This document shows, piece after piece, positions 53,492 through 63,677 of a stretch of 64,000 bases of DNA (positions are counted from its first letter, which is position 1; every line of letters begins with the position of its first letter). The stretch spans positions 32,001 to 96,000 of the forward strand of contig CBDDBZ010000029.1 of NCBI GenBank assembly GCA_965225945.1, in the 5' to 3' direction. The notes beneath the pieces were generated by a model that worked only from the letters and a program-made list of their open reading frames with translations, made no database searches and was not told the DNA's origin. The translations under genes were made by a program, and so were the position numbers. This DNA is from Alphaproteobacteria bacterium (lineage in GTDB: Bacteria > Pseudomonadota > Alphaproteobacteria > GCA-2731375).

Positions 53492-54694
53492 CTAATAGGA
53501 GCGCGGCATGCCGAGGACGTGCTGGCCGATATAGCCGAGAATGAGATTGGTGGAGATCGGCGCGGTCTGAAACAGCCGCACTTCGCGCCACTTGCGCTCG
53601 ATGTCGAATTCGCGGGCGAAGCCGAAACCGCCGAAGGTCTGCATGCAGGTATCGCCGGCATGCCAGGCGGCTTCCGAAGCCAGCATCTTGGCCATGTTGG
53701 CCTCCGCCCCGCAGTCGCGACCGTCGTCAAACAGGGCGGCGGCCTTGCGGATCATCAGTTCCGCCGCCTCCAGTTCCGCGTGCGCCCGGGCGATCGGGAA
53801 CTGAACGCCCTGGTTCTTGCCGATCGGCGCGCCGAACACCACGCGTTCGTTGGCATAGGCGACCGCCTTGTCGATGAACCAGCGTCCGTCGCCCAGCGCC
53901 TCCGAGGCGACCAGCACCCGCTCCGCGTTCATGCCGTCCAGGATATAGCGGAAGCCCTTGCCCTCCTCGCCGATCAGGTTCTCGGCCGGGACTTTCAGGT
54001 CGTCCATGAAGACCTGGTTGGTATTGTGGTTGATCATCGTCGGGATCGGCTGGATTTCGAGCCCCCTACCGCGCGCCTCGCGCAGATCGACCAGGAAGAC
54101 GGAAATACCATCGGTCCGCCGTTTCACCTCCTCGGCCGGCGTGGTCCGGGCCAAGAGCAGCATCAGGTCCGACTGCAGCGCCCGCGAGGTCCAGATCTTC
54201 TGGCCGTTGACGACATAGTGGTCGCCATCGCGGACCGCCCGGGTCTTGAGCTGGGTGGTGTCGGTGCCGCTCGTCGGCTCGGAGACGCCGAAGGCCTGGA
54301 GGCGCAACTCCCCGGAGGCGATCTTCGGCAGGTAGCGCCGCTTCTGGTCCTTGTTGCCGTGCCTCAGCAAGGTTCCCATGATGTACATCTGCGCGTGGCA
54401 GGCGGCGGCGGAGCAGCCGGCGTGGTGAATCGTCTCCAGGATCACCGAGGCCGCGCGAACCGGCAGGCCGGCGCCACCGTATTCCTCCGGGATCAGGGCG
54501 GCGAGCCAGCCGGCCTCGCTCAGCGCCTCGACGAACTCGGTCGGATAGTCCGAAGCCGCGTCCTTCTCCCGCCAGTATTCGCCCGGAAAGCCTGCGCAGA
54601 CCTTGCGCACGCCGTCGCGGATTTCCGCCCAGTCCTCGCCCACCGATATCGCCGTCTCGGTGCTCTCGACCGTCGTCTCCAGGTTCGCCACCAT
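53492..54694 (-). CDS. Acyl-CoA dehydrogenase
   Basis: FGVSEPTSGTD, NGQKIWTS, GMNAER, QTFGGFG. Confidence 0.92.
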   Translation of the reverse strand: MVANLETTVESTETAISVGEDWAEIRDGVRKVCAGFPGEYWREKDAASDYPTEFVEALSEAGWLAALIPEEYGGAGLPVRAASVILETIHHAGCSAAACHAQMYIMGTLLRHGNKDQKRRYLPKIASGELRLQAFGVSEPTSGTDTTQLKTRAVRDGDHYVVNGQKIWTSRALQSDLMLLLARTTPAEEVKRRTDGISVFLVDLREARGRGLEIQPIPTMINHNTNQVFMDDLKVPAENLIGEEGKGFRYILDGMNAERVLVASEALGDGRWFIDKAVAYANERVVFGAPIGKNQGVQFPIARAHAELEAAELMIRKAAALFDDGRDCGAEANMAKMLASEAAWHAGDTCMQTFGGFGFAREFDIERKWREVRLFQTAPISTNLILGYIGQHVLGMPRSY

Positions 54695-54720
54695 AGTGCG
54701 TTCCACTCCTCCTCTCGACC

Positions 54721-55731
54721 TCAACCGGCGCGGGGACGACGCCCCTCCAGCGGATAGGCGGGATCGTTATAGCCGGGCGTCGAGGGATGTCCCGGCGGCA
54801 CCAGGGAATCGACCAAGGCTTCGTCTTCCGGCTCGAAGCGATGCGCGAGCGCGCCCAGATAGTCCGCCCACTGTTGTTCCGTCCGGGGCCCGGCGATGAC
54901 CGAGGTGACGAGCGCGTTGTGCAACACCCAGAGAAAGGCGAACTGGCCCGCCGTCATGCCGCGCCTCTCGGCATGGTCGCGGAGCGTGCGGGCGATGCGG
55001 AGCGATTCCGGCCGCCATTCGGTCTCCATCATCCGTCGGTCGTCGCGACCGGCACGGCTTTCCTCGGGTGGCGCCGTGTCGGGGTCGTACTTCGCCGTCA
55101 GCACGCCCCGGGCCAGCGGGCTATACGGCACGACGCCCATGCCGAAATTCTCGCAGGCCGGCAGATGCTCGCTCTCGGGGCCGCGGTTCAGGGCGTTGTA
55201 GTTGGGTTGGCTCGCCACCGGCCGGTCGATGCCGAGGGAATCGCAAATCCGGCAGACTTCCGCCATCCGCCAGACCCGATGGTTGGAGAGGGCGAAATGG
55301 CGGATCTTGCCCTGGCGCACCAGGTCCTCCATGGCACGCACCGATTCGTCGAGCGGCGTCAGATGGTCTTCCTTGTGCCAGTAATAAACCTCGATCCGGT
55401 CGGTGCCGAGGCGTCTGAGGCTCGCCTCGCAGGCGCGCATGATCCAGCTTCGCGAGAGGCCCTGGCCGTTCGGCCCCTCGCCCATGGGGTTGGCGAGCTT
55501 GGTCGCCACCACCCACCAGTCGCGATCCTTCGCGATTGCTCGGCCGACGATTTCCTCGGAGGCGCCCCGGTTGTAGGCATCGGCGGTGTCGATGAAGTTG
55601 ACGCCGGCCTCCCGGGCGCTGGCGATGATGCGCCCGCTGGTCGCCTCGTCGGTCTGGCCGCCGAACATCATCACACCGAGACAGACCGGCGAGACCCGAA
55701 GGCCGCTCCGCCCGAGCTTGCGATAGTCCAT
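54721..55731 (-). CDS. Aldo/keto reductase
   Basis: LGRSGLRVS, IDTADAY, YSPLARG. Confidence 0.92.
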   Translation of the reverse strand: MDYRKLGRSGLRVSPVCLGVMMFGGQTDEATSGRIIASAREAGVNFIDTADAYNRGASEEIVGRAIAKDRDWWVVATKLANPMGEGPNGQGLSRSWIMRACEASLRRLGTDRIEVYYWHKEDHLTPLDESVRAMEDLVRQGKIRHFALSNHRVWRMAEVCRICDSLGIDRPVASQPNYNALNRGPESEHLPACENFGMGVVPYSPLARGVLTAKYDPDTAPPEESRAGRDDRRMMETEWRPESLRIARTLRDHAERRGMTAGQFAFLWVLHNALVTSVIAGPRTEQQWADYLGALAHRFEPEDEALVDSLVPPGHPSTPGYNDPAYPLEGRRPRAG

Positions 55732-55759
55732 GTGTCCCTTCCCCCTGTTCGCGCGCGAC

Positions 55760-56122
55760 TCAGGAGAGCGCCGCCTCCAGCTCCTCGAGTCGCAAGGGTT
55801 TCGCCAGGGTGGTGACGTCGAGTCCCTTCACGCCGCCGAGCATTTTCGCCATTTCGCGATAATGCGGATTGAAGCCGCTGACGATCAGCACGCGGGCGGC
55901 ACAGCCACGGGCGGCGAGCCAGTTGAGGAGTTCGATTCCGTCCTCCTCCGGCATCACGATGTCCAAGATCACGGTATCGGGGTCGACCTGGTCGTAGACG
56001 GACTTGAACTCGGCCCCGGAACCCACCGCCGTCGCCTCAAAGCCGAGATCTTCGGCCACCCGGGCGACGAATTCGCGGAAATCGGTCTCGTCGTCGACGA
56101 TCAGAATTCGTTTCACGTCCAT
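55760..56122 (-). CDS. Single-domain response regulator
   Basis: ILIVDDE, LDIVMP, LAKPL. Confidence 0.88.
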   Translation of the reverse strand: MDVKRILIVDDETDFREFVARVAEDLGFEATAVGSGAEFKSVYDQVDPDTVILDIVMPEEDGIELLNWLAARGCAARVLIVSGFNPHYREMAKMLGGVKGLDVTTLAKPLRLEELEAALS

Positions 56123-56140
56123 TCCCCCTCGAGGGCAAGA

Positions 56141-57685
56141 CTACTCGGCCGCCCGCGGCTCGATCAATTGGTCGAGCGCGCGGCCTTCGGGATCCTCGCT
56201 CGCCGCGCGCCGGGCGGCCTGGACCCGGTGCCGCAATTCGGCGATTTTCCCGCCCGAGGCCAAGCCCGGCGTCACCACGGCGGCGAAAATGCGCTCGAAG
56301 CGTTCCCGGCCCCGGTCGTGGGTCTCGCCATAGCCGCGGATCAGCGCGGCGCATTCGGCGATTTCGAGGGCGAGCTCCGCATCGAGGCCGGCGGCGCGGC
56401 CGACCGCGTCCAGCCAGCGCTCGATCGCCGCTCGTTCCTGGCCGAAACGATGGCCGAGGCGGCGGAAGACCCGCATCCGGGCGAGCAGACGCAGCAGCAG
56501 GTAGCCCGGCACCGAGGTGGCGCGGATCCGCAAGCCGAGGCGCCGATCGGCGCGGCGAGGGTCGCGCCGAGCCCAGGCCAGCAAGGGACGCGCCAGGAAC
56601 GAGGGCAGCACCGCCGCCAACTCCTCCACGCCGGGGCGGAAATAGTCGGTGACGCGGAGCGGTTCGTCGGCGCCCGCTTGCGCCTCCTCGCGAATCCGCG
56701 CGAACCGATCGGGCCGGGTCTTCAGCTCGGCGACACGGATGATGTCGTCATAGGCCATCCAGTTGGCGAGGCCGCGGGCGAGGGAAACCAGGACGGCCGC
56801 CTCCGCCGTCTCGCCGGCCGCCGGCGGAAGCGCGCGGCGCACCGAGTCCAACCGCGCGAGGTAGAGCGCGCCAAAGGCCCGGTCCTGGAAGTCCACGACC
56901 TTTTCGAGGCCCGCTCGCCGCATCGCGCGCGCGGCCTCGGGCCAGCCCTCGGGCGCGGCGGCGAGCAAGGCCTCGACGGCAGCCCCGCCGCCCAGCGTCT
57001 CGGGCGCCGGCGGCGGAAACGCGGGTTCGATCAGTGGCGCCTCGTCGACCACCGCCAGCGCCGCCTCGCGCCCCCGGGCAAAGCCCCCGAGATTGGCCTC
57101 GACCGCGACGCCCCCCTCGCGGATCGCCGCCTCCAGGTGCGCTTCGTCGAACGGCAGGCGGCCGGAGGCGGCGATGGCGCCCAGCAGCACGGCGTTGACG
57201 ACGCTTCCCGCCGCCTCGGCCAGCGCGCGGAAATCGCGCAGGATCGTCTCGCGGGCGAGCGCGCGGGCCGTGCTCAGCACCACCTCGGCATCGTAGCGCC
57301 CGTCGTCCATCCGCGCCTTCTCGGCCACCGCGTAGATCCGGTGCGTGGAGGCGATCAGCGTGGTCCGCTCCGGCGACACGTAGCCGTTCTCCATCGCCCG
57401 GCCCGCCTCCAGAACCTCCGAGGCGACCATCAGATCGATGTCGCCCGGCCCGGGCGTCAGCGCGAAGACCGGCGCGCGGGCCAGCAGCTCCCAGGGCTCG
57501 GGAAAGATCTCGAGGTAATAGGTGGTGGCTCCGGTGCGCTGGGCGACGCCGGGGATCGAGGTGCTCTGTACCGGCAGGCCGGCGCCACGGGCGGCGGCGA
57601 CCAGCCAATTGGTCAGCACGCCACCGCCCTCGCCGCCGAGCGCGGCCAGCAGAATAGTGACGGGACGGAGCGTCTCGGTGGTCAC
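56141..57685 (-). CDS. iorB: Indolepyruvate:ferredoxin oxidoreductase beta-subunit family
   Basis: ALGGEGGGVL, IPGVAQRTGAT, WMAYDD, IRGYGETH. Confidence 0.85.
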   Translation of the reverse strand: MTTETLRPVTILLAALGGEGGGVLTNWLVAAARGAGLPVQSTSIPGVAQRTGATTYYLEIFPEPWELLARAPVFALTPGPGDIDLMVASEVLEAGRAMENGYVSPERTTLIASTHRIYAVAEKARMDDGRYDAEVVLSTARALARETILRDFRALAEAAGSVVNAVLLGAIAASGRLPFDEAHLEAAIREGGVAVEANLGGFARGREAALAVVDEAPLIEPAFPPPAPETLGGGAAVEALLAAAPEGWPEAARAMRRAGLEKVVDFQDRAFGALYLARLDSVRRALPPAAGETAEAAVLVSLARGLANWMAYDDIIRVAELKTRPDRFARIREEAQAGADEPLRVTDYFRPGVEELAAVLPSFLARPLLAWARRDPRRADRRLGLRIRATSVPGYLLLRLLARMRVFRRLGHRFGQERAAIERWLDAVGRAAGLDAELALEIAECAALIRGYGETHDRGRERFERIFAAVVTPGLASGGKIAELRHRVQAARRAASEDPEGRALDQLIEPRAAE

Positions 57686-57698
57686 GGCCGGCCTCGAC

Positions 57699-59846
57699 CT
57701 AGGCTGTTCTGGCAGCGGCCCGGCGTTCGAGCAGCCAGCCGAGCACGGCGTCGTTCAGCCGCTCGACCCAGCGCTCGAAGCGGTTGGCATTGCGCACGAT
57801 ATCCGCCCGATAGAACGAGGGGCAAAGCGCCGCCGCGTGGGCCACCTCGCCACAGACGCCGCAGCCGACGCAGCCGTTCTCGACATGCGCCACGGGGTGC
57901 GGCTTCAGCGGATCGTCGCTCGGCTTGATGGTGAGGGTCGGACAGCCGGAGAGACGAATGCAGGCGTGATCGCCGGTGCAGACCTCCTCGTCGACGCCGT
58001 AGCGGGTGCGGACCAGACGTTTGCCCTCTTGCAGCATGCGGCGCTCCAGCGGCCGCTTGCGGCGTTGCACCGCCAGCATGCACTCGCCGTCGGCGATGAT
58101 CACCTTGAGCCCCTTAGCCCTCGTGGTGAGCGCCTTGTGCAGCGTCTTCACCATGGTCGAGACCTTGTAGGTATCGACGCTGCGCACCCACTTCACGCCG
58201 ACCCCCTTCAAGGCCTTGGCGATGTCCATGTCCATCGGCTGCAGCTTGGCGTTGGAGCCGGTGGACGGAATGGCTTGCGCGCCGGTCGCCGCGGTATAGC
58301 CGTTCTTCATGATGATCAGGACGCTGTCGTCCTGGTTGAAGACGGCGTTGGCGACGCCGCTGGTGAGGCCGTTGTGCCAAAATCCTCCGTCGCCCATGAT
58401 CGAGATCACCCGCTTGTCGCCGAAGGCCGGCGCGACCCCGGTCGAACTCGCCAGACCCAAGCCGTAGCCCATCACCGTATTGCCGATGTTGAAGGGCGGC
58501 AGCGTCGCGAAGGTGTGACAGCCGATGTCGGCGGAGACGTGGAAGGGTCCGGTCGCCTTCTCGACGATCTTCATCGCCGAAAACACCGGCCGCTCGGGAC
58601 AGCCGACGCAGAAACCGGGCGGGCGGCTCGGCACCGGAGCGCCGAGCGCCTCGCGCGCGCGCGCCTCCAGGTCGTGGACCGCCGCGAGCGGCGCGCTGAT
58701 CGAGGCTCGCTCGAGGCTTGGCGGCGCGTGCGCCTCGAGAAAGCGGGTCAGCCCTTCCAGCACCACCTCGGCGGTGTATTCGCCGGCCATCGCCAGCACC
58801 GCCTTGCCGACCACCGTGGTCGCGAGATCGGCCTTGCGCAGGAAGACGTGGGTCGCCTGCTCGATGTAGTCGGGCTGGCCTTCCTCGATCACCAGGACCG
58901 CCCGCTTGTCGGCGCAGAAGTCCTGGAATTCCTCCGCGATCAACGGATAGGTGACGTTCAGGCAGTAGATCGGCACCCGGCTTTGCCCGTGGGCATCGGC
59001 GAGGCCCACCCGCTCCAGCGCGCGCAGCGCCGCGTTATAGTGGCCGCCCTGGACGATGATGCCGATATCGTCGAAGTCGCCCGGGAACATCTCGTTCAGG
59101 CGGTGCTCCTTGACGTAGGCCAGTGCCGCGGGCGCCCGGGTCTCGATCTTGTGGCGCTCCTGGGCGTAGGTCGCCGGCGGCAGGCAGATCCGCGCATAGT
59201 CGAAGTCGGGGCCGGGAAGCGCGTTGTTTCGGCTGTGCGTGGGCGGCCGGTTGTCGCGGGTCTCGAAGCTGCCGTGGAGGTGACAGGCGCGGATCCGGAG
59301 CTCCAGCATCACCGGCGTCGCGCTCGCTTCCGAGAGCTCGAAGCCGTGCTCCACCATCTCCACCATCTTGGGCAGGCTCGGCCGGGGATCCAGCAGCCAG
59401 ATCTGCGACTTCATGGCGAAGGCGTGGGTTCGCTCCTGGATGATGCTGGCGCCCTCGCCGTAATCCTCGCCGATGACGATGACGACGCCACCCTTGACCC
59501 CGGCCGAGGCGAGGTTGGAGAGCGCGTCGGAGGCGACGTTGGTGCCGACCACCGACTTCCAGGTGACCGCGCCGCGGAGCGGATAATTGATCGAGGCGCC
59601 GAGCATGGCGGCGGCGCCGGCCTCGTTGGCGCAGACCTCGGTATGGACGCCCAGGTCGTCGAGGATGTCGCCGGCGTCGGCCAGGACGTCCATCATGTGG
59701 CTGACCGGCGCGCCCTGATAGCCGCCGACATAGGCGACGCCCGACTGCAGCATCGCCTTGGTCACCGCCAGGATACCCTCGCCGTGGAAGCGCTCGCCCT
59801 GGCCGAGCTTCAGCAGCTCGACCTCTTTCTTGAAGGATCGCTCCAT
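57699..59846 (-). CDS. iorA: Indolepyruvate:ferredoxin oxidoreductase alpha subunit
   Basis: GYQGAP, FCVGCPER, DIGCH, GDGGFWHNG, C-terminal ferredoxin CVGCGVC. Confidence 0.88.
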   Translation of the reverse strand: MERSFKKEVELLKLGQGERFHGEGILAVTKAMLQSGVAYVGGYQGAPVSHMMDVLADAGDILDDLGVHTEVCANEAGAAAMLGASINYPLRGAVTWKSVVGTNVASDALSNLASAGVKGGVVIVIGEDYGEGASIIQERTHAFAMKSQIWLLDPRPSLPKMVEMVEHGFELSEASATPVMLELRIRACHLHGSFETRDNRPPTHSRNNALPGPDFDYARICLPPATYAQERHKIETRAPAALAYVKEHRLNEMFPGDFDDIGIIVQGGHYNAALRALERVGLADAHGQSRVPIYCLNVTYPLIAEEFQDFCADKRAVLVIEEGQPDYIEQATHVFLRKADLATTVVGKAVLAMAGEYTAEVVLEGLTRFLEAHAPPSLERASISAPLAAVHDLEARAREALGAPVPSRPPGFCVGCPERPVFSAMKIVEKATGPFHVSADIGCHTFATLPPFNIGNTVMGYGLGLASSTGVAPAFGDKRVISIMGDGGFWHNGLTSGVANAVFNQDDSVLIIMKNGYTAATGAQAIPSTGSNAKLQPMDMDIAKALKGVGVKWVRSVDTYKVSTMVKTLHKALTTRAKGLKVIIADGECMLAVQRRKRPLERRMLQEGKRLVRTRYGVDEEVCTGDHACIRLSGCPTLTIKPSDDPLKPHPVAHVENGCVGCGVCGEVAHAAALCPSFYRADIVRNANRFERWVERLNDAVLGWLLERRAAARTA

Positions 59847-59919
59847 GTGCCCCGCTCCCCAAGACGCCCCGTCGAGCCGCCTTTAAGATAAAGCCCCTTT
59901 GTCCTGGCCCGTCCAGTCC

Positions 59920-61350
59920 CTATCCGGCCCCACTCTCTCCGGGCCGCGCCAGATGCCACTCGGTTTCCGATTGATAGGTCACTCCGGCGCGCAGAAGCAA
60001 CGGCTCGCGCCACCGGGCCGCCTCGAGCTGCAGGCCAACGGGAAGTCCGGCGGCCGAGAACCCACAGGGCACCGAGAGGCCGGGGATGGCGCCGTGGGCA
60101 CCCGCGTAGGTGTTGCGGGCCGCGCTTCCGGTCGCCTCCAGGAGCGAGCGGTCGTCCACCACCGGCGGCGGGTCCGCCGGCGCCGTCGGCGAGGCCAGGA
60201 TGTCGATATCCTCGAAGAGGCCGGCGAGTGTCCGCCGCCAAGCCTCGCGGGCGCGGACCGCGCGGGATCCGCCGCCAAGCCTCGCGGGCGCGGACCGCGC
60301 GGGATCCGCCGCCAAGCCTCGCGGGCGCGGACCGCGCGGGAATAGTCGACGGCGCTGTACGACAGTCCGGTGGTCATGCGATCGTAGACGTCCTTGCTGA
60401 AACCATCCGCTCTTTCGGCCAGGCGCTCGGCGTGGAATGCGCAGGCATCGGAGAACACGATCGTGCTGGCGTGGCTCAGGGTCTCTTCGGCGCCGGGTAC
60501 GTCGACCTCCACCAATGCCGCGCCTTGACACTCCAAACTCGCGGAGCGCCGCCATCACCACTTCGGCGATGTCGTCGGGAACGCCGTCGAAGTAGTAGTT
60601 GCCGGGCACGCCGACGCGGATCCCGGATATGCCGTCGCCGAGGCTCGGCAGGAAGTTTTCGAGCGGCCGGTCGCTCGACATGGGATCACGCCGGTCGGGG
60701 CCGGCGATGGCGGCGAAAATCCGCGCGACGTCCTCCACGCGCCTGGCCATGGGTCCGATGGTGTCGTAGGTGGGACTGAGCGGCGTCGCGCCGTGATTCG
60801 GCACCCGGCCGACGGTGGGCCGGAGGCCCGAGACGCCGCAAAACGAGGCCGGGAGCCGGACCGAGCCGCCGGTATCGGAGCCGAGCGCGCCCTCGACCAT
60901 GCCGGCCGCCAGCGCCGCCCCGGAGCCGCCGCTGGAGCCGCCGGGCACCCGATCGGTGTTCCAGGGATTGCGGCACTGGCCGGAGACCGGGTTGACCGAG
61001 CGGATACCGAAGCAGAGTTCGTGCAGCGTCGCCTTGCCGACGATCACCGCGCCGGCCCGGCGCAAGCGGGCGACCACGGCGGCGTCGTCGTTCGGCACGT
61101 GGTTCTCGAAGAAGGTCGAGCCACTCGTGGTTCTGAGACCCGCGGTCTCGATGCAGTCCTTCACCGCCATGGGCATGCCGTGCAGAAGGCCGAGCCAGCG
61201 CCCCTCGGCGGTGGCGGCATCGGCCGCGTCGGCCGTCTCCCGCGCCGCCTCGCTCGCCACGGTGACAAAGGCGTTCAGCCGTCCGCCGTCCCCCTCGATG
61301 GTATCGAGCGCGCGTTCAAGCGCCGCGCGGGCGCCGCCATGTGTCGTCAT
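59920..61350 (-). pseudogene. Amidase-signature family protein, copy 2, with +1 frameshift and 74-bp tandem expansion
   Basis: GGSSGGS, GSDTGGSVR; close paralog of 61445..62794 but about 65 codons are read out of frame. Confidence 0.8.
60231..60341. repeat. Perfect tandem repeat, 3 x 37 bp
   Basis: TCCGCCGCCAAGCCTCGCGGGCGCGGACCGCGCGGGA at 60231, 60268 and 60305, with no spacers. Confidence 0.95.
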
Positions 61351-61444
61351 CATATTCTCTCCACGGGTTTTTGCGACCGCCCCCGACGGTATCACCCGGG
61401 ACGCCTTTCGAGGGAAGCGGACGCTTCGTTCGGTCGTTTCGAAC

Positions 61445-62794
61445 TCACGTCGCGCCGTCCGGCCGCGCCAGGTGCCACTCGGTTGCCGATTGATAGGCGA
61501 CGCCGGCGCGCAGCAGCAGCGGCTCGCGCCACCAGGCCGCTTCCAGTTGCAGCCCGACCGGAAGCCCCGCCGCCGAGAAGCCACAGGGCACCGATAGACC
61601 GGGTATGGCGCCGAGGCCGCCCGCATAGGTGTTGCGGGTGGCGTCGGCCGTGGCCTCCAGAAGCGTGCGCTCGTCCACCACCGGGGGCGGGTCGGCCGGC
61701 GTCGTCGGCGAGACCAGAATATCGACCCGCTCGAAGAGGTCGGCCAAGCTCCGGCACCAGGCCTCGCGGGCCCGGAGCGCGCGAGCATAATCGACGGCGC
61801 TGTAGCGCCACCCGTTGGTCATGCGGTCGTAGACGTCCTTGGAGAAACCCTCGGGCCGCTCGGACAGCCGCTCGGCGTGGTAGGCGCAAGCATCGGAGAA
61901 GATCATCACTGTAGCGTGCAGATGGGTCTCCTCGGCTCCGGGCACGTCGACCTCCACCAGTTCGGCGCCGTGGCGCTCCAGTTCGCGGACCGCCGCCATC
62001 ACCGGCTCGGCGATGTCGTCGGCGAGGTCGTCGAAATAGAAGTTCCCGGGCACGCCCATGCGCACTCGCGCGATGCCGTCGCCCAGGCCGGGCAGGAAGT
62101 TCTCCAGCGGCTGGTCGATCGAGATCGGATCGCGTCGGTCGGGGCCGGCGATGACGGCGAGAATCCGGGCCACGTCCTCGACCCGCCGGGCCATCGGACC
62201 GATGGTGTCGAAGGTCGCGCTCACCGGCGTGGCGCCATGGTTCGGCACCCGACCGACGGTCGGCCTGAGGCCGGAGACGCCGCAGATCGAGGCCGGGAGG
62301 CGGACCGAGCCGCCGGTATCGGAGCCGAGCGCGCCCTCGACCATGCCGGCCGCCAAGGCGGCGGCGGAACCGCCGCTCGAGCCGCCGGGCACCTGCTCGG
62401 TGTTCCAGGGATTGCGGCACTGGCCGGAGACCGGGTTGACCGAGCGGACACCGAAGCAGAGCTCGTGCAGCATCGCCTTGCCGACGATCACCGCGCCGGC
62501 CCGGCGCAAGCGTGCGACCACCGCCGCGTCGTCGTTCGGCACGTGGTTCTCGAAGAAGGTCGAGCCACTCGTGGTTCTGAGACCCGCGGTCTCGATGCAG
62601 TCCTTCACCGCCATGGGCATGCCGTGCAGCAGGCCGAGCCAGCGTCCCTCGGCCGCCGCCCGGTCGGCCGCCTCGGCGGCTTCACGCGCCGCCTCGGGCG
62701 CCACCGTGACGAAGGCGTTCAGCCGCTCGCCGTCCCGCTCGATCACATCGAGCGATCTCTCCAACGCCTCGCGGGCACCGCCCTTCGTGGTCAT
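61445..62794 (-). CDS. Amidase-signature family protein (GatA-like), copy 1
   Basis: AVKD, PGGSSGGS, GSDTGGSVRLPAS, GLPVGLQL. Confidence 0.92.
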   Translation of the reverse strand: MTTKGGAREALERSLDVIERDGERLNAFVTVAPEAAREAAEAADRAAAEGRWLGLLHGMPMAVKDCIETAGLRTTSGSTFFENHVPNDDAAVVARLRRAGAVIVGKAMLHELCFGVRSVNPVSGQCRNPWNTEQVPGGSSGGSAAALAAGMVEGALGSDTGGSVRLPASICGVSGLRPTVGRVPNHGATPVSATFDTIGPMARRVEDVARILAVIAGPDRRDPISIDQPLENFLPGLGDGIARVRMGVPGNFYFDDLADDIAEPVMAAVRELERHGAELVEVDVPGAEETHLHATVMIFSDACAYHAERLSERPEGFSKDVYDRMTNGWRYSAVDYARALRAREAWCRSLADLFERVDILVSPTTPADPPPVVDERTLLEATADATRNTYAGGLGAIPGLSVPCGFSAAGLPVGLQLEAAWWREPLLLRAGVAYQSATEWHLARPDGAT

Positions 62795-62875
62795 CGCCTC
62801 GCCTCCCCTCGTCCTTCGATCTCCGCCTTGTGATAGCATCGCCCACGACACCCTCCAGGGGAAGCGGGGAGGATC

Positions 62876-63658
62876 ATGGAGACGGGCGACGACAGCGGCC
62901 GGGACGTGGCGAGCCACGACGACCTCACCGAGGGCGCCGAGGCCGCCGCCGCCCGAGGCGCCGGGAACGCGAGGAGGGCAACGACGTCGGAGGAAATCGA
63001 CGCCGCGTTGGAGACCGTCTTCGGCGCCAATTCCGAGCTTTACCAGGGTCGCGGCTTTCAACGGCGGATCGGCTGGGGCCAAAAGCCGGCACTGCTGGTG
63101 ATCGACATGGCGAATGCCTGGACCCGGCCCGACCACGCCTTCTCGTGCACCGGGATGGAAGAGATCATTGCGGCCCACGAGGCCCTGCTCGGAGCCTTCC
63201 GGGCCAAGGGCCTGCCGGTGATCTACACCACCACCGCCTATGAGGTGTTCGACGGCGCGGTCAGCGACGCCGGCCTCTGGCACCACAAGATCCCGGCCGA
63301 GGTGCTGCGCCTCGACAGCCCGGCGGTGGCGATCGACGATCGGATCCGACCGGCCGACGGCGAGATCGTCATCACCAAGAAGCGGGCCAGCGCCTTCCAC
63401 GGCACGCCGCTCGCCGGCATGCTCCGGGCGGCGGGCGTCGACACGGTGGTGATCACCGGGGTCACCGCGTCGGCCTGCGTGCGCAACACCGCCGAGGACG
63501 CGATCGCCGACGGCTTCCGCCCGATCGTGGTGCGTGAGGCGGTGGGCGACCGGATCGCCGGGGCCGTCGCCTGGAACCTGTTCGACATCGACGCCAAGTT
63601 CGGCGACGTCGAGCCGCTGGAGGCGGTGCTCGATCAGCTTCGCCGGAACGAAATTTGA
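62876..63658 (+). CDS. Isochorismatase/cysteine hydrolase family (N-carbamoylsarcosine or maleamate amidohydrolase-like)
   Basis: ALLVIDM, KKRASAF, GVTASACVR. Confidence 0.88.
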   Translation: METGDDSGRDVASHDDLTEGAEAAAARGAGNARRATTSEEIDAALETVFGANSELYQGRGFQRRIGWGQKPALLVIDMANAWTRPDHAFSCTGMEEIIAAHEALLGAFRAKGLPVIYTTTAYEVFDGAVSDAGLWHHKIPAEVLRLDSPAVAIDDRIRPADGEIVITKKRASAFHGTPLAGMLRAAGVDTVVITGVTASACVRNTAEDAIADGFRPIVVREAVGDRIAGAVAWNLFDIDAKFGDVEPLEAVLDQLRRNEI

Positions 63659-63677
63659 ATTCGAGAGGAGGAACCCC

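Noticed and set aside
60231-60341. 37-bp repeats as a CRISPR array
   Set aside because: The units are contiguous with no spacers, derive from amidase coding sequence, and no cas genes are present.
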